Shown one piece after another: positions 37,625-51,212 of a stretch of DNA of 64,000 nucleotides. Each line of letters begins with the position of its first letter. The stretch's first letter is position 1. Source of the DNA: Mobula hypostoma. Lineage: Eukaryota. The notes under the pieces were generated by a model that had not been told where the DNA came from, did not search any database, and was given only the letters and a program-made list of their open reading frames with translations. The DNA lies in NCBI RefSeq assembly GCF_963921235.1, contig NC_086097.1, forward strand, positions 161,760,001 to 161,824,000, in the 5' to 3' direction. A program made the position numbers and the translations under genes.

Positions 37625-39225
37625 CAAACCCCATTTTCAGAAATGTTGGGATATTTTCCAAAATGCAATAAAAACAAAAATCTGTGATATGTTAATTCAC
37701 GTGAACCTTTATTTAACTGACAAAAGTACAAAGAAAAGATTTTCAATAGTTTTACTGACCAACTTAATTGTATTTTGTAAATATACACAAATTTAGAATT
37801 TGATGGCTGCAACACACTCAACAAAAGTTGGGACAGAGGCATGTTTACCGTTGTGTTACATCACCTTTCCTTTTAATAACACTTCTTAATCGTTTTGGAA
37901 CTGTGGATACTAATTGTAGTAGATTTGCAATTGGAAATTTTGTCCATTCTTGCTTGATATAAGACTTCAGCTGCTCAACAGTCCGTGGTCTCCGTTGTCT
38001 GATTCTCCTCTTCACGATGCGCCATACATTTTCAATAGGAGACAGATCTGGACTGGCAGCAGGCCAGTCAAGCACACGCACTCTGTGTCTACAAAGCCAC
38101 GCTGTTGTAGCCCGTGCAGAATGTGGTCTAGCATAGTCCTGCTGAAATAAGCATGGATGTCCCGGGAAGAGACGTCGCCTTGATGGCAACATATGTCTCT
38201 CTAAAATCCTAATGTACGCCTCAGAGTCAATGGTAGCTTCATATACATGCAACTCACCCATGCTGTGGGCACTGATGCACCCCTGTACCATTGCAGATGC
38301 TGGCTTTTGCACCTTTCGCTGATAACGATCTGGATGGTCGTTTTCATCTTTGGTATGGAGAACTCGACGCCTGTTTTTTCCGAAAACTAGCTGAAATGTG
38401 GACTCATCTGACGACAGCACACTGTTCCACAGTCTTTCGGTCCATCTGAGATGCGCTTGGGCCCAGAGAACTCGCCGGCATTTCTGCATGGAGTTGATGT
38501 ATGGCTTCCTCCTTGCATAATACAGTTTCAAGTTTCATTTCTGGATGCAGCGACGGACTATGTTGAGTGACAATGGTTTTCCAAAGTACTCCGGAGCCCA
38601 GGTGGCTATAATTGTCACAGTAGCATGACTGTTTCTTAGGCAGTGCCGCCTGAGGGCTCGAAGATCACGCACATTCAACAGTGGTTTCCGACCTTGCCCT
38701 TTACGCACTGAGATGTCTCTGAATTTCTCTGAATCTTTTCACAATATTATTTACTGTAGATGTTGAAAGACCTAAATTCTCCACAATCTTGCATTAAGAA
38801 ATGTTCCTTTTGAACTAACAATTCTCTCACGAATTTTGGCACAAAGGGGTGAGCCACGACCCATCCTCGGTTGCAAAGACTGAGCCTTTGATGGACACTA
38901 CTTTTATACCCAGTCATGATACCTCACCTGCTACCAATTAGCCTGCTTAATGTGGAGTCTTCCAAACCGGTGTTACTTGAATATTCTGTGCACTTTTCAA
39001 TCTTATTTTAACTCTGTCCCAACTTTTGTTGAGTGTGTTGCAGCCATCAAATTCTAAATTTGTGTATATTTACAAAATACAATTAAGTTGGTCAGTAAAA
39101 TTAGTGAAAATCTTTTCTTTGTACTTTTGTCAGTTAAATAAAGGTTCACGTGAATTAACATATCACAGATTTTTGTTTTTATTGCATTTTGAAAAATATC
39201 CCAACTTTTCTGGAAATGAGGTTTA
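37625..39225 (-). mobile_element. Full-length Tc1 (DD34E) transposon with 214-bp TIRs
   Basis: TIRs 37625-37838 and 39012-39225 nearly identical; TA at 37623-37624 and 39226-39227; internal transposase. Confidence 0.97.
37845..38864 (-). pseudogene. Tc1 transposase, N-terminal half disrupted, catalytic half open
   Basis: ATG at 38864 (MGRGSPLCAKIRERIV) followed by frameshifts and stops; ORF 37845-38531 has SDESTF, FQQDYARPH, SPDLSPIENVW with 34 residues between D and E. Confidence 0.93.
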
Positions 39226-40009
39226 TAGATAAATATGCAGATGTGTTGAACAGTATTTTGTTTAAAACAAAGTACATGAACTTGAGGTGGTCTAAAGGAA
39301 ACAGGCACAAACCTAATCTTGGTATAATCAAGTTCTGCCACTGTTCAGAGTTGCTGATAGAGTGATAATGAAATTCATGTCAGATTAACGTCAGACATGG
39401 CAGAAGGTAATGGTAATAGTTGCACCTGAGATCTCTGAGGTTGTACATAAAGGGAGCATTCTATATCAGATGCATAGACACTTGTCTAGATCTAAAATAC
39501 CATACAATTAACCCAAATCTGTCTTTTCTCAGGATGTGGCAGTCTCTGTCAAAGTCAGTTTTAATTGCCCATTTTTCTTTTGTTTTTTGGGAAGGGGATG
39601 TTGAGCCATTTACTTGGATCCATTCAGTAATTCTAATGAAAATACTTCTACAATGTGAAGGAACAACTTATATTTTCAAGGCAGGATGATGCATCATTTG
39701 GAGAGTAACCAGCTCATATGCCTGCTGCCTTTGATGGTAGACATCATGAATTTGTGAGATGTTGGGAGTAACTCAAGTGAGTAACTGGTGTTTAATTTGG
39801 TAAATTGGACACTGCAGCTACATTATACCAATGGTGAAGGCAATAAGTGAATAGGATGGTACCAATCAAGTGAGCTGCCATGTCCTGGGTAATACTAAGC
39901 TCTATGATCGTTGGAGTTGTATGCATTCAGGCATGTGGCGACTATTCCATTACAAGCCTGACTTGTGTGAAATTGTGAAAAGGCTTTGGGTTCACTTGCT
40001 CCATCATAG

Positions 40010-41600
40010 AAATAGCCCACAAACAATGGACTCACTTTCTAGGACTCTTCATCTCATGTTTTCGACACTTACTACTTATTAATTTATTATTATTATTCTT
40101 TTTGTAATTGCACAGTTTGTCTTTTGCATGCTGGGTGACCTACTAAGTTTGTGCTTTTTTTTAATTGAATTTTTTTATTATGGTTATTGTTCTATTATGA
40201 ATTAATTGAGTAACATGGCATTTGCCTTCCTCACCAGCAAGTTAACCTTTAGGGTGTTCTGCACAAGGACTTCCAAGTCCAAGTTTTCTCTGGAGCTTCG
40301 GAGGCTGAGGGGAGATCTGGTAGAGGTTTACAAGATTGTAAGAGACGTAGATAGAGTGGACAGAATGTATCTGTTTCCAGGGTTGAAATGTCTAATACAA
40401 GAGGGCACTGCATTGAAGGTGAGAGGGGGTAGGTTCAAGGCAGATGTGAGGGATGTGTTTTTACTCGGAGACTCGTGGATGCCTGGAATGTGTTGGTATG
40501 GTTATAGGGGCAAATACATTAGAGGCTTTGAAGAGGCATTTGGATAGGCACATGGATGTATGGAAGATGGGAGGGATTATGGACCTAGTGTAGTGTTTGC
40601 TGTTTTTTATTTGCTTTTTAGCTAGTTTGGCACAACATTGTGGGCTGAATGGCCTGTCCTGTGCTGTTCTCTTCTTTGTTCTATGAGAAGAACATAGAAT
40701 TGTCCTGGACCCAGCACCTTAGTGCACCTATGAAGAAACAAGGGACCATCTCTCCTTTCTTTGGAGTTTGCGAAGGCCTTTTCTCCTTGGAGCAATGGAT
40801 GATGAGAGGTGACCTGATACAGGTGTACAAGATGATGAGAGGCATTGATCATGTGGATTGTCAGAGGCTTTTTCCCAGGGCTGAAATGGCTAACCCGAGA
40901 GGGCACAGTTTTAAGGTGCTTGGAAGTAAGTACATTTCTTTTCTTATGCAGGAAGCAGTGAGTGCATGGAATGGGCTGCCAGTGGCTGAGGTGGAGGTGG
41001 ATACAATAAGGTCTTTTAAGAGGCTCCTGGATAGGTACATGGGGCTTAAAAAAAAAGGGGCTATGGGTAACCCTAGGTAATTTCTAAAGTAAGTACAAGT
41101 TCGGCACAATGTTGTGGGCTGATGGGCCTGTATTGTGCTGTAGAATTTCTGTTTCTATGCCCACAAGAAAATGCATGTAGGGTTGTATATGGTGACATGT
41201 TTGTATTTTGATAATAAATTTACTTTGAACTCTATAATCCGCCATCCACAACCTTTCAACATTTGATGAGGTTCAATGAAACTTCCCCTCGGCCTTCTAA
41301 ACTCCAGAGAGTGCAAGCTCAGAGCCATCAAATGCTTCTCCTACTTTAAGCCTTTCATTCCAGGACCATTGTCATGACCCTGCTCTGGACCCTCTGCAAT
41401 GCTGGCACATCCTTTGAGATAACTGGACCAAAGCTGCTCCTAATACTCTTAGGGGTGGCCTGACCAATTCTTTTAAAAGTCTCAGCATCCTTGCTTTTAT
41501 ATTCTAGTCCATACAATGAAAGCTAACATGACATTTGCCTTCCTTACCATTAACTCAGCTTACAAGTTATCCTTCAGGGAATCCTGCACGAGGACTCCCA
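40010..41600. mobile_element. Nested cluster: Rex-like 3' end interrupted by CR1 3' fragments (40270-40690 +, 40775-41160 +), then a CR1 fragment 41235-41600 (-)
   Basis: LRGDLVEVYKI and MRGDLIQVYKMMRG motifs, TTCTATG tails, Rex-like tail at ~41210. Confidence 0.8.
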
Positions 41601-43277
41601 ACATCACCCAGAAAAACTCGTGTTAAATTACGGATCTGCCCCAGATTACAGATGCCTGACTTGTGTACAGCCTGTACATAAGAGCTTTAAGGAGACCAGC
41701 GGAATGGATTTCCTGGGCTGTGGGGATGCAGGCATCTTCTGCTGTGTAGAAACTGAGTTCACAGCAGTATCATTGAAAGTTTAAGTTAAATGCCCTTGTT
41801 TAACTACTGTTGCTCTTGGTTGGCCCATGCTTTTATCTCAATATGTTGCTGGCTTGTGAACTGTGGTGCCAACCCACAAAGTCACAGGAATACAAGTAAA
41901 GTTCACTCTGGCAGCAGATACCTCTCTGGAACTTTGAGGCATCAGTGCTAACTGCTGCAAGACTGCGCCACCTAGATATGTGTATATCTTGAGTGTCAAA
42001 AGTACTCGGCTTAAATATTTTAAAACTGATTCAGTTAAATGGTGACTTGGTTGATTTGATACTAATTTGGCCACAAGAATTTGCAAGCCGCGTTTCATCT
42101 ATTAGTTATGAAGGTTGTTTTGAATTTTGTGGAGCTATATTAGAACTATAATTCTGTCATCTTAATTTCCCATGATACATAAATGAGTAACTACAAGAAC
42201 TGTTTGGATTCTGATCGCTGAAAAATCAGTAATTGAAATTTATTAACCTTTAGAAGGCAGCCCAGTTTTCCTCACCCAATCAATCACTCTATCCTTGCAG
42301 TACTTATGTAAAGCAGCTTATCCAGTAGGTGTTTGGTCTGGTGCCAGATTAACAGTCATAGGCCTTGGCACTCCAGAAAATCGTGGGCCTGTAGCATATC
42401 CCTGCTGCCCTTTCCCTGCTATTTAGAATTAATTCTCATTCTAAATATATAAAGATTGCTGCTGTGGTTCTTTCTTTCCAGTCTAGGGAAGATTCCTTTC
42501 AAGTTATTAGTTTAAATAATATTTTAAATTAGCTTTTGTTGGCAGAATATTAATTTAAATTATAAATGGATTTTCTTATTCAAGTAGTTGGTAATTTTAA
42601 TACAGGATTTTTTTCTGGGATTATTGAACTATTTTGAACTTCCATGATTTTGTAACGTGGAAGTTGCATGATAAATTTCCTAACATACTGTAGAACATAG
42701 AATAGTACAGCACAGGAACAGGCCCTTCAGCCCACAATGTTGTGCGAACTCAATTAAATTAGGAATAAAATGACAAACTAATTTTATGCCTACACAATAT
42801 CCATATCCTTCCACTTTCTTCACATTTATGTTCTTATCTAAATGTCTCGTGAAAGTGTCCAATGGTTTTGCCTCTACCAGTATCCCAGGCAGTGCATTCA
42901 GGCACCCACCATTCTGTGTTAATAAGAAAAACATGCCCCTCACATCTTTGAAATTACCCCCTCTCACCTAAAATACGTGACTTCTGGTAATAAATATTCC
43001 AACCCATGGAAAAAGATATTATCTGTTTATCTATGCCTCTCATTATTTTCTAAACTTCTATCAGATCTCTCCTCAACCTCCATCACTCCAGAGGAAAAAA
43101 CACGTTTGTTCAACCTCTCATTATAGCACATACCTTCTAATTCAGGCAACAACATAGTACACTTCTTCGGCACTCTCTAAAGCCTTGACAACTTTACCAT
43201 TATGGGGTGACCAGATATGTATACAATATTCAAGACACAGCCTAACTGGAGTTTTATAAAGCTGCATTATAACTTAA

Positions 43278-43478
43278 AAGTTGCTGGTGAACGCAGCAGG
43301 CCAGGCAGCATCTCTAGGAAGAGGGACGGTCGACGTTTCGGGCTGAGACCCTTCGTCAGGACTAACTGAAAGAAGAGCTAGTAAGAGATTTAGAGATGCT
43401 GCCTGGTCTGCTGCGTTCACCAGCAACGTTTATGTGTGTTACTTGAAATTCCAGCATCTGCAGATTTCCTCGTGTTTG
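43278..43478. mobile_element. Fold-back mini Penelope-like insertion within CR1
   Basis: 43278-43391 is a minus-strand terminal repeat piece, 43391-43478 a plus-strand piece; ~37-bp inverted arms. Confidence 0.88.
43327..43364 (-). ncRNA. Minimal type I hammerhead ribozyme motif
   Basis: Minus strand TAGTC-CTGACGA-AGGGTCTCAGCCC-GAAAC-GTC-GACCG. Confidence 0.72.
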
Positions 43479-46400
43479 CAACAAAACTTCCTGACTTTGA
43501 GCTCAAAGCCTCGAGTAATAAAATCAAGTATGCCATATGCTTTCTTAACCATCCCGTCAACCTGTCAAGCCACTTTCAGGGAGCTATGAACGTGGACCTC
43601 TTAAGATCCCTCTGCTCATCAGCAGAGTTAAGGATATTGCCCTTAATAGTATACACTCTCTTTGCATTTGACCTACCAAGGTCATATCTATAACTGATCT
43701 CTATCCCTTTTTATTCTTTGCCAGTCTTCTCTGTGCTATCCACAACAGCACCAATCTTCATCCATCTGCAAACTTGCTTCACCCATACATCTGCGTTTTC
43801 ATGAAGGTCATTTATATGTGTACATCACAAACAGCAGAAAACCCAATACAAATCCCTGCAGAACATCACTAATGACAGACTTCCAGCTAGAATAAGTCCA
43901 CTACCCTCTGTCTTATATGGGCAAGCCAGTTCTGTATCCAAACTGCTAATTCGACATGGATCCCATGCATCATAATCTTTTGTATGACCCTCCCATCAGA
44001 GACCTTGTCAAACGCCTCACTAAAATCCATGGAGACAATGTCCACAGCTCTGCTTCAGAAACTATTCTCGTCACCTCGTCAAAAAACTCAGTTATGTTAG
44101 TAAGACACAACTTGCCCCTCACAGAGCCATGCTGGCTCTCCCTGATTAGGCCATGGTTTTCCAAGTACATATAAATCCTCTCCCTAAGATTTCTCTCCAG
44201 TAACTTTCCTACCATTGAGTTGAGACTCAGTCTATAGTTTCCTGGTTCAATTCTTGAATAATGGAATAACATCAGCTACTCACCAGTCCCCCAGTGCCTT
44301 GCCTATGGCAAGAGAAGACATAAAGATATTGGTAAAGGTCTCATCATTTTTTTTTCTGTTGCCCCTCAATAACCTGGGGTATATCCATTGTTATGCTCTT
44401 TAAGAGACCCAACACTACCTCCTCCTTTACCTCAATACCCTAGCAAATTAATACAATTGGCACTGGTCTCCCTATCCTCCACATCCCCCGCTTGGTAAAT
44501 ACTCATGTAAAGTACTCATTATGGACCTTGCCCATATCCTCCGCATCCAAGCAAATGTTTCCCCCTTTTATTCTTGAGTGGTTCTACCCTGTCCCTAGTT
44601 GTCATTTTGCTGTTCTATGTATAGTATACCTTGGGGTTCTCTTTAATCCTACTTACCAAGAACTTTTCGTGGCCCCTCCTGGCTTTCCTGATTCCCTTCT
44701 TGAGTTATTTTCTGGCTTCTTTATAATCCTTAAAGGCTCTGTTTAATTCTAGCTTCCTAAGCTTTTCATACTTTTCCTTCTTGCTTCTCACCTCTCTTGC
44801 CATCCAAAGTTTGCTTACCTTACCATTCTGACTGCAACATACCTATCCTGTACTGTGTGCAGTTGGACTTTAAACATTCTCTTTGTATAAGATGTGGACT
44901 TGCCCAAAAATGGTTGTTTGGAATTAATTGTTCCTTGTTCCTGCCTAATACACTCGTAATTTGCCCTGTTCTAATGTAATACTTTTCTGCAAAGATGGTA
45001 CTTATCCTTATCTATAGCTATCTTGAAAGTTAATGAGTTGTGTTCACTGTTTCCTAACTGTTGACCCACTGAAAGGTCAGTCACCTAGTCAAGCTCATTA
45101 CCCAACACCAGGTCCAGTGCAGCTCTTCCTCTTGTTGGACAACCTATGTATTGATTTTTTAAAAAAATCTTCCTGGATGGACCTAACAAATTCTTCCCTA
45201 TCTAAACCTTAGAAGGTCCAAGTTTATATTAGGGAATTTGAAGTCCCCCTATTACAACAACCCAATTGTTTTTTTTACACTTTTCCTTAATCTTCCCACA
45301 TATCTGTTCTTCAAGGTCCCAGTGGCTTTTGGGGGCGGAGGGGGGGGAAGCGGGATGGTTGTCTGCAGTACAATCACATGAGAGTGGTTGCACTCTTCCT
45401 ATTTTTGTTCTACCCATATAGATTCAGTGGATGAGTCCTCCATTATGTCCCCTTTGACTGCAGCCATGACTTTGTCTCTGATTAGTAGTGCAACTCCCCC
45501 ACCTCTTCCACTTCCCCCCTCCTTTTCAAAAACATTGAAACTCTGGATATTAAGTATTAATTTCTGAAACCTCTCAGCCAAATCTCTGTAATAGCCACAA
45601 GATCATTGTTCCTTGTACTGATTCATGTTCAATGTTCATCATCTTTACCCATAATCGTAGCATTAAAGAACACACACCTTAAACTATCTGCCCCATCCTA
45701 TCTGTTACTTTGCTCCTGCCTGTTTTTACTGGACCTGGCATTTACCTTTCTCTCCATTCCTCTACTTCCAGATCTGATTCTCTGGTTCCCATCTCACGAA
45801 TAAACTAGTTGAAACCCTCCTCATTAGTAGTAGGGAACCTCCTGGCCAGGATATTGGCTCCCCTCCAGTATGGGTGCAACCCATTACTCTTGTACAGGTC
45901 ATCCCTACCGCAGAAAAGGTTCCAATTATCCAAAAACATGAAGCCCTGACCCCTGCACCAGTTCCTCAGCCACACATTCATGTGCACATTTGTCCTATTC
46001 CTATTCCTGTCCTGACTAGCACATAACGCTGGGAGTAATCCAGAGATTAGTACCTTGGAGGATCCTGCTCTTCACTCTCTTCCCGAACTCTCAATACTCA
46101 CTGTGCAGGACCTGTTCCCCCTTTCTACCTATGTCATTGGTGCCAATGTGCACCATGACCTCTGACTACTTACCCTCTCTCTTCAGAATATTCTGCAGCT
46201 GCTCTGAGACATTGTTTATCTTAGCATCTGGGAGGCCACTCACCATCCTGGCATCTTTTTCAGGACCACAGAATCTTCTGTCCGTTCTCCCTAACTATTA
46301 ACTCTCCTTTCACTCTTGCACTACCTGACTTTCTCCTTCCCTGTTGAGCCTCAGAGGCAGCACCGTGCTATTGACCTGGCTGATGCTGCTCTGCCCTGAT

Positions 46401-47439
46401 AGGTCACCCCCCCGACCCCCCAGCAGTTATCGAAGGGGTGTACTTGCTGTTCAGAGGAATCCTGTACTACCTGCTCGCTCTTACTTCTGGAGGTCATCCA
46501 TCTATTATCTGAAACCTGCAGTCTGTGTATGACAACCTCAGTAGAAGTTTCACCTGTGGGGTTTTCAGCCTCCCAGAGGGTCCTGAAAACATCCATTTCC
46601 AGTTCCTGAACCATATCATTCAGGAAATGAAGTTGGGTGCACTTCCTGTAGATGTCATCAGGGAGACCATTGGGTACCCTGCAGTCCCACATCCCACAAG
46701 AGGGACATTCCACTGCCTGCTACCATCCTGCTTACGCTGGTTATACCTTTGGCTCTGACTTAAGCTTAACTTCGACATCAACTGAATGATTCCAAACCAC
46801 TTCGCACCCTTAGTCTTAGCCTGTTGAGCCAAAGCCTTTCGCTCTAATGCTGGCTCACTCCAACACTGGCCACTCTGTGTAAACCTCACTTCTTATTGGC
46901 TCTTGCTGTCAATTTTCTGCTTCATAGACAAAGCCCAACAGGCCTGCTCACTGCTTAAAACTAGCATGTAAAGTCCACAAGGAAATGTCTCCAATTTACT
47001 CCACAATCTCGCGTTCACATAGGCACAGTTAATACACAATTTTGAAGAAGTTGGATAGAATTATTCCAGAGGACAGATTGCTTCTAATGGACAGACATTC
47101 TGAAATGTGAACATACAAGATAAGGGTACAAAAAATGTATTTTGTTCTGTGGTTTATTGACCCCCTTCACCTCCTATCTACGGTAATTTGCAAATGTATA
47201 AATGATTCATGCTGCATAATGAATTGTCCTTTGCTGTGTCTCATAATTCATTTTCCTTGATTGGCACTGACATTCTTCTACATCGATACCAGCCTTGGAG
47301 GTGGATTCCTTTGGCACTATTGGATCCTGCCAGCCCAATTACACTAGACTCTGGAGAAGTCATTCTCAAATTATATCCATACTTATTTTCTTCATCTTTA
47401 TTCTTCAGTGACATGATTCAAAGATGACTTCATTTTCCA

Positions 47440-50405
47440 CATGAACGTAGAATAGTACAGCACAGTATAGGTCCTTCGGCCCACAATGTTGTGCCGACCC
47501 TTATTCCCTGCCTCCCATATAACCCCCCCGCCACCTTAAATTCCTCCATATACCTGTCTAGTAGTCTCTTAAATTTCACTAGTGTATCTGTCTCCACCAC
47601 TGACTCAGGCAGTGCATTCCACACACCAACCACTCTCTGAGTAAAAAACCTTCCTCTAATACCCCTTGAACTTCCCACCCCTTACCTTAAAGCCATGTCC
47701 TCTTGTATTGAGCAGTAGTGCCCTGGGAAAGAGGCGCTGGCTGTCCACTATATCTGTTCCTCTTAATATCTTGTATACCTCTATCATGTCTCCTCTCATC
47801 TTCTTCCTCTCCAAAGAGTAAAGTCCTAGCTCCCTTAATCCCTGATCATAACGCATACTCTCTAAACCAGGCAGCATCCTGGTAGATCTCCGCTGTACCC
47901 TTTCCAATGCTTCCACATCCTTCCTATACGGAGGCGACCAGAACGGGACACAGTACTCCAAGTGTGGCCTAACCAGAGTTTTATAGAGCTGCATCATTAC
48001 ATCGCGATTCTTAAACTCTATCCCTCGACTTATGAAAGCTAACACCCCATAAGCTTTCTTAACTACCCTATCCACCTATGAGGCAACTTTCAGGGATCTG
48101 TGGACATGTACCCCCAGATCCCACTGCTCCTCCACACTACCAAGTATCCTGCCATTTACTTTGTACTCTGCCTTGGAGTTTGTCCTTCCAAAGTGTACCA
48201 CCTCACACTTCTCCGGATTGTACTCCATCTGCCACTTCTCAGCCCACTTCTGCATCCTATCAATGTCTCTCTGCAATCTTCGACAATCCTCTACACTATC
48301 TACAACACCACCAACCTTTGTGTCATCTGCAAACTTGCCAACCCACCCTTCTACATCCACATCCAGGTCATTAATAGAAATCACAAAAAGCAGAGGTCCC
48401 AGAACTGATCCTTGTGTGATGCCACTAGTCACATCCCTCCAATTCAAATGTACTCCCTCTACCACAACCCTCTGCCTTCTGCAGGCCTTCTGAATAAGCC
48501 TACTGTGTGGAACCTTGTCAAATGCCTTACTAAATTCCATGTAGATCACATCCACTGCACTACCCTCATCTATATGCCTGGTCACCACCTCAAAGAACTC
48601 TATCAGGCTTGTTAGACACAATCTGCCCTTCACAAAGCCATACTGACTGTCCCTGATCAGACCATGATTCTTCAAATGCCCAGAGATCCTATCTCTAAGA
48701 ATCTTTTCCAACAGCTTTCCCACCACAGATGTAAGGCTCACTGGTCTATAATTACCTGGACTATCCCTACTACCTTTTTTGAACAAGGGGACAACATTCA
48801 CCTCCCTCCAATCCTCCGGTACTATTCCCGTGGACAACGAGGACATAAAGATCCGAGCCCGAGGCTCAGCAATCTCTTCCCTCACCTTGTGGAGCAGCCT
48901 GGGGAATAATCCGTCAGGCCCCGGGGACTTATCCGTTGTAATGTATTTTAACAACTCTAACACCTCCTCTCCCTTAATATCAACATGGTCCAGAACATCA
49001 ACCTCACTCATGTTGTCCTCGCCTTCATCAAGTTCCCTCTCATTGGTGAATACTGAAGAGAAGTATTCATTGAGGACCTCGATCACTTCCACAGCCTCCA
49101 GGCGCATCTTCCCACCTTTATCTCTAATTGGTCCTACCTTCACTCCTTTCATCATTTTGTTCTTCCCAGAATTGAAGAATGCCTTGGGGTGTTCCTTTAC
49201 CCTACTCGCCAAGGCCTTCTCATGCCCCCTTCTTGCTCTCCTCAGCCCCTTCTTAAGCTCCTTTCTTGCTACCCTATATTACTCAATAGACCCATCTGAT
49301 CCTTGCTTCCTGAACCTCATGTATGCTGCCTTCTTCCACCTGACTAGATTTTCCACCTCACTAGTCACCCATGGTTCCTTCACCCAACCATTCTTTATCT
49401 TCCTCACCGGGACAAATTTATCCCTAACATCCTGAAAGAGATCCCTAAACATCGACCACATATCCATAGTACATCATCCCAATTCACACCTGCAAGTTCT
49501 AGCCTCATAGCCTCATAATTTGCCCTTCCCCAATTACAAATTTTCCTGTCCTCTCTGATTCTGTCGTTTTCCATGATAATGTTAAAGGCCAGGGAGTGGT
49601 GGTCACTGTCCCCCAGATGCTCACCCACTGGGAGATCTGTGACCTGACCCAGTTCATTGCCTAATATGAGATCTAGTACAGGTTTCCCCTGCTATCCAAA
49701 TGTAGAGCATTCCTGTGAAACTGTTCATAAGCTGAAATGGCGTAAAGCGAAGAAGCAATTACCATTAATTTATATGGGAAAATATTTTGAGTGTTCCCAC
49801 ACCCAAAAAATAACCTACCAAATCACACCAAATAACACTTAAAAGCTATAATACTAACATATAGTAAAAGCAGAAATGATATAATAAATACACAGCCTAT
49901 ATGAAGTAGAAATGTGTGTATAGTGTAGTTTCACGTAACAGAATCGGAAGCTTTGAGCCAAAATAGATTGGTTGAAAAAAAAATTGGCACGTCACGCATT
50001 CACACGTACACGCACATCATGCATGCCCACGTACACGCATCAACACGTTACACATGCACATGTGCACACATCCTCATGTCATGCATGCGCATACACCTGC
50101 CCGCGCAAGGCTTCGTGGTCATGGTAGTCTTTCGTGGGGTAAACACAAGTTTAAAGTGAGCGTCCTTTTTCGTAAAAGCGAAAATCCTCTTTCGGTTAAT
50201 GAAAACAGGTACTAATGCAGGTCTTTCGTAAAAGTGAAATGTTGTAAAGAGAATGTTCGGAAAGCGAGGGACACCTGTATGGCATTCCCCCTAGTCGGCC
50301 TGACAACATATTGTGACAGGAATCCGTCCTGGACACACTTAACAAACTCTGCCCTGTCTAAACCATTGGAACTAATCAGGTACCAATCAATATTAGGGAA
50401 GTTGT
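47440..50405 (-). mobile_element. Young CR1 LINE (EN C-terminal part, RT, tail) interrupted by a Tigger-like MITE
   Basis: ORFs 48076-49212 (KFADDTK), 47656-48075 and 49404-49628 (HLGDSDHH); same subfamily as 4410-5180. Confidence 0.96.
49679..50277 (-). mobile_element. Tigger-like MITE (599 bp)
   Basis: TA|CAGGTTTCCCCTGC ... GCGAGGGACACCTG|TA; CR1 reads through on removal (ATCTAGTA|TGGCATTCC). Confidence 0.92.
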
Positions 50406-50634
50406 ACTGCATCATTATATCTTGTATAGGAGGTTATTGGAACCTCTTTCTGCTGCCCGCACAGAACACTGACTCCAGATCCTGCTGACAATTTGCTAAC
50501 CGGAATGGGGGCTTCATCCACTCTCTGCTGGTCTGACAGTTGACCACATCTGTGTCAAATTCAGATCAGAAACTTAGACTCCAGCCTTGCCTCTAATTCC
50601 CCTACATCTCTGTTCTTAAACCCTAACCTCAATG

Positions 50635-51212
50635 TTCAAAGTAATTTTTTTAATCCAAGTGTATATATGTCACATAAAACCCTGAGATTCCTTTTCCTGG
50701 GGGCTTACTTAATAAAAAAAAACTTAATACATATAGTAACTGTGTTAGAATCAATGAAAGACTGTACCAACAGGACGAACAATCAGTGTGCAAAAGACAA
50801 CAAACTATGCAAATGAAATACAAAAAGACAGAAGATTAATAAGCAATAAGTATCGAGAACTTGATGAAGAGTCCTTGAAAGTGAATCCATAGGTTGTAGG
50901 AACAGCTCAATGATGGGGAAACTGAAGCTGAGTGAATTTATCCCCTCTGGTTTAGGATCCTGATTGTTGAGTGGTAATAATTGTTCCTGAACCTAGTGGT
51001 GTGAGTCCTGAGGCTGCTGTACCTTCTTCCTGATAGCACCAGCGAGAAGAGAGCAGGATCTGGGTGGTGGGGGTCCCTGATAATGGATATTGCCTTCCTG
51101 CGACAGTGTTTCATGTAGTTGTGCTCCATTGTGGGGAGGGCTGTACCAGTGATGGACTGGGCTGTATCCACTACTTTTTGCAGGATTTTCTGTTCAAGGG
51201 CATTGGTGTTTC
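50635..51212 (-). mobile_element. Rex1/Babar-like LINE 3' end
   Basis: ORF 50938-51171 IIRDPHHP..FSLVLSGRRYSSLRTHTTRFRNNYY..IRILN. Confidence 0.85.

Larger units (their letters stand above)
42680..46880 (-). mobile_element. Near full-length decayed CR1 LINE (ORF1, EN, RT, tail)
   Basis: ORF1 relics ECPSCGMW..KC (zinc-finger-like) and WLRNWCRGQGF..DNW..LYKSNGLHP..GANILA (SGNH esterase-like); EN GRGGGVALLIRD; RT PGNYR, QHG; TAGAACATAGAA tail. Confidence 0.9.

Noticed and set aside
37527..39341. Duplicated ORFs (YKPHFQK..FCKYTQI) at both ends
   Set aside because: Translations of the Tc1 TIRs, not genes
48779..49435. 218-aa + strand ORF
   Set aside because: Antisense shadow of CR1 ORF2
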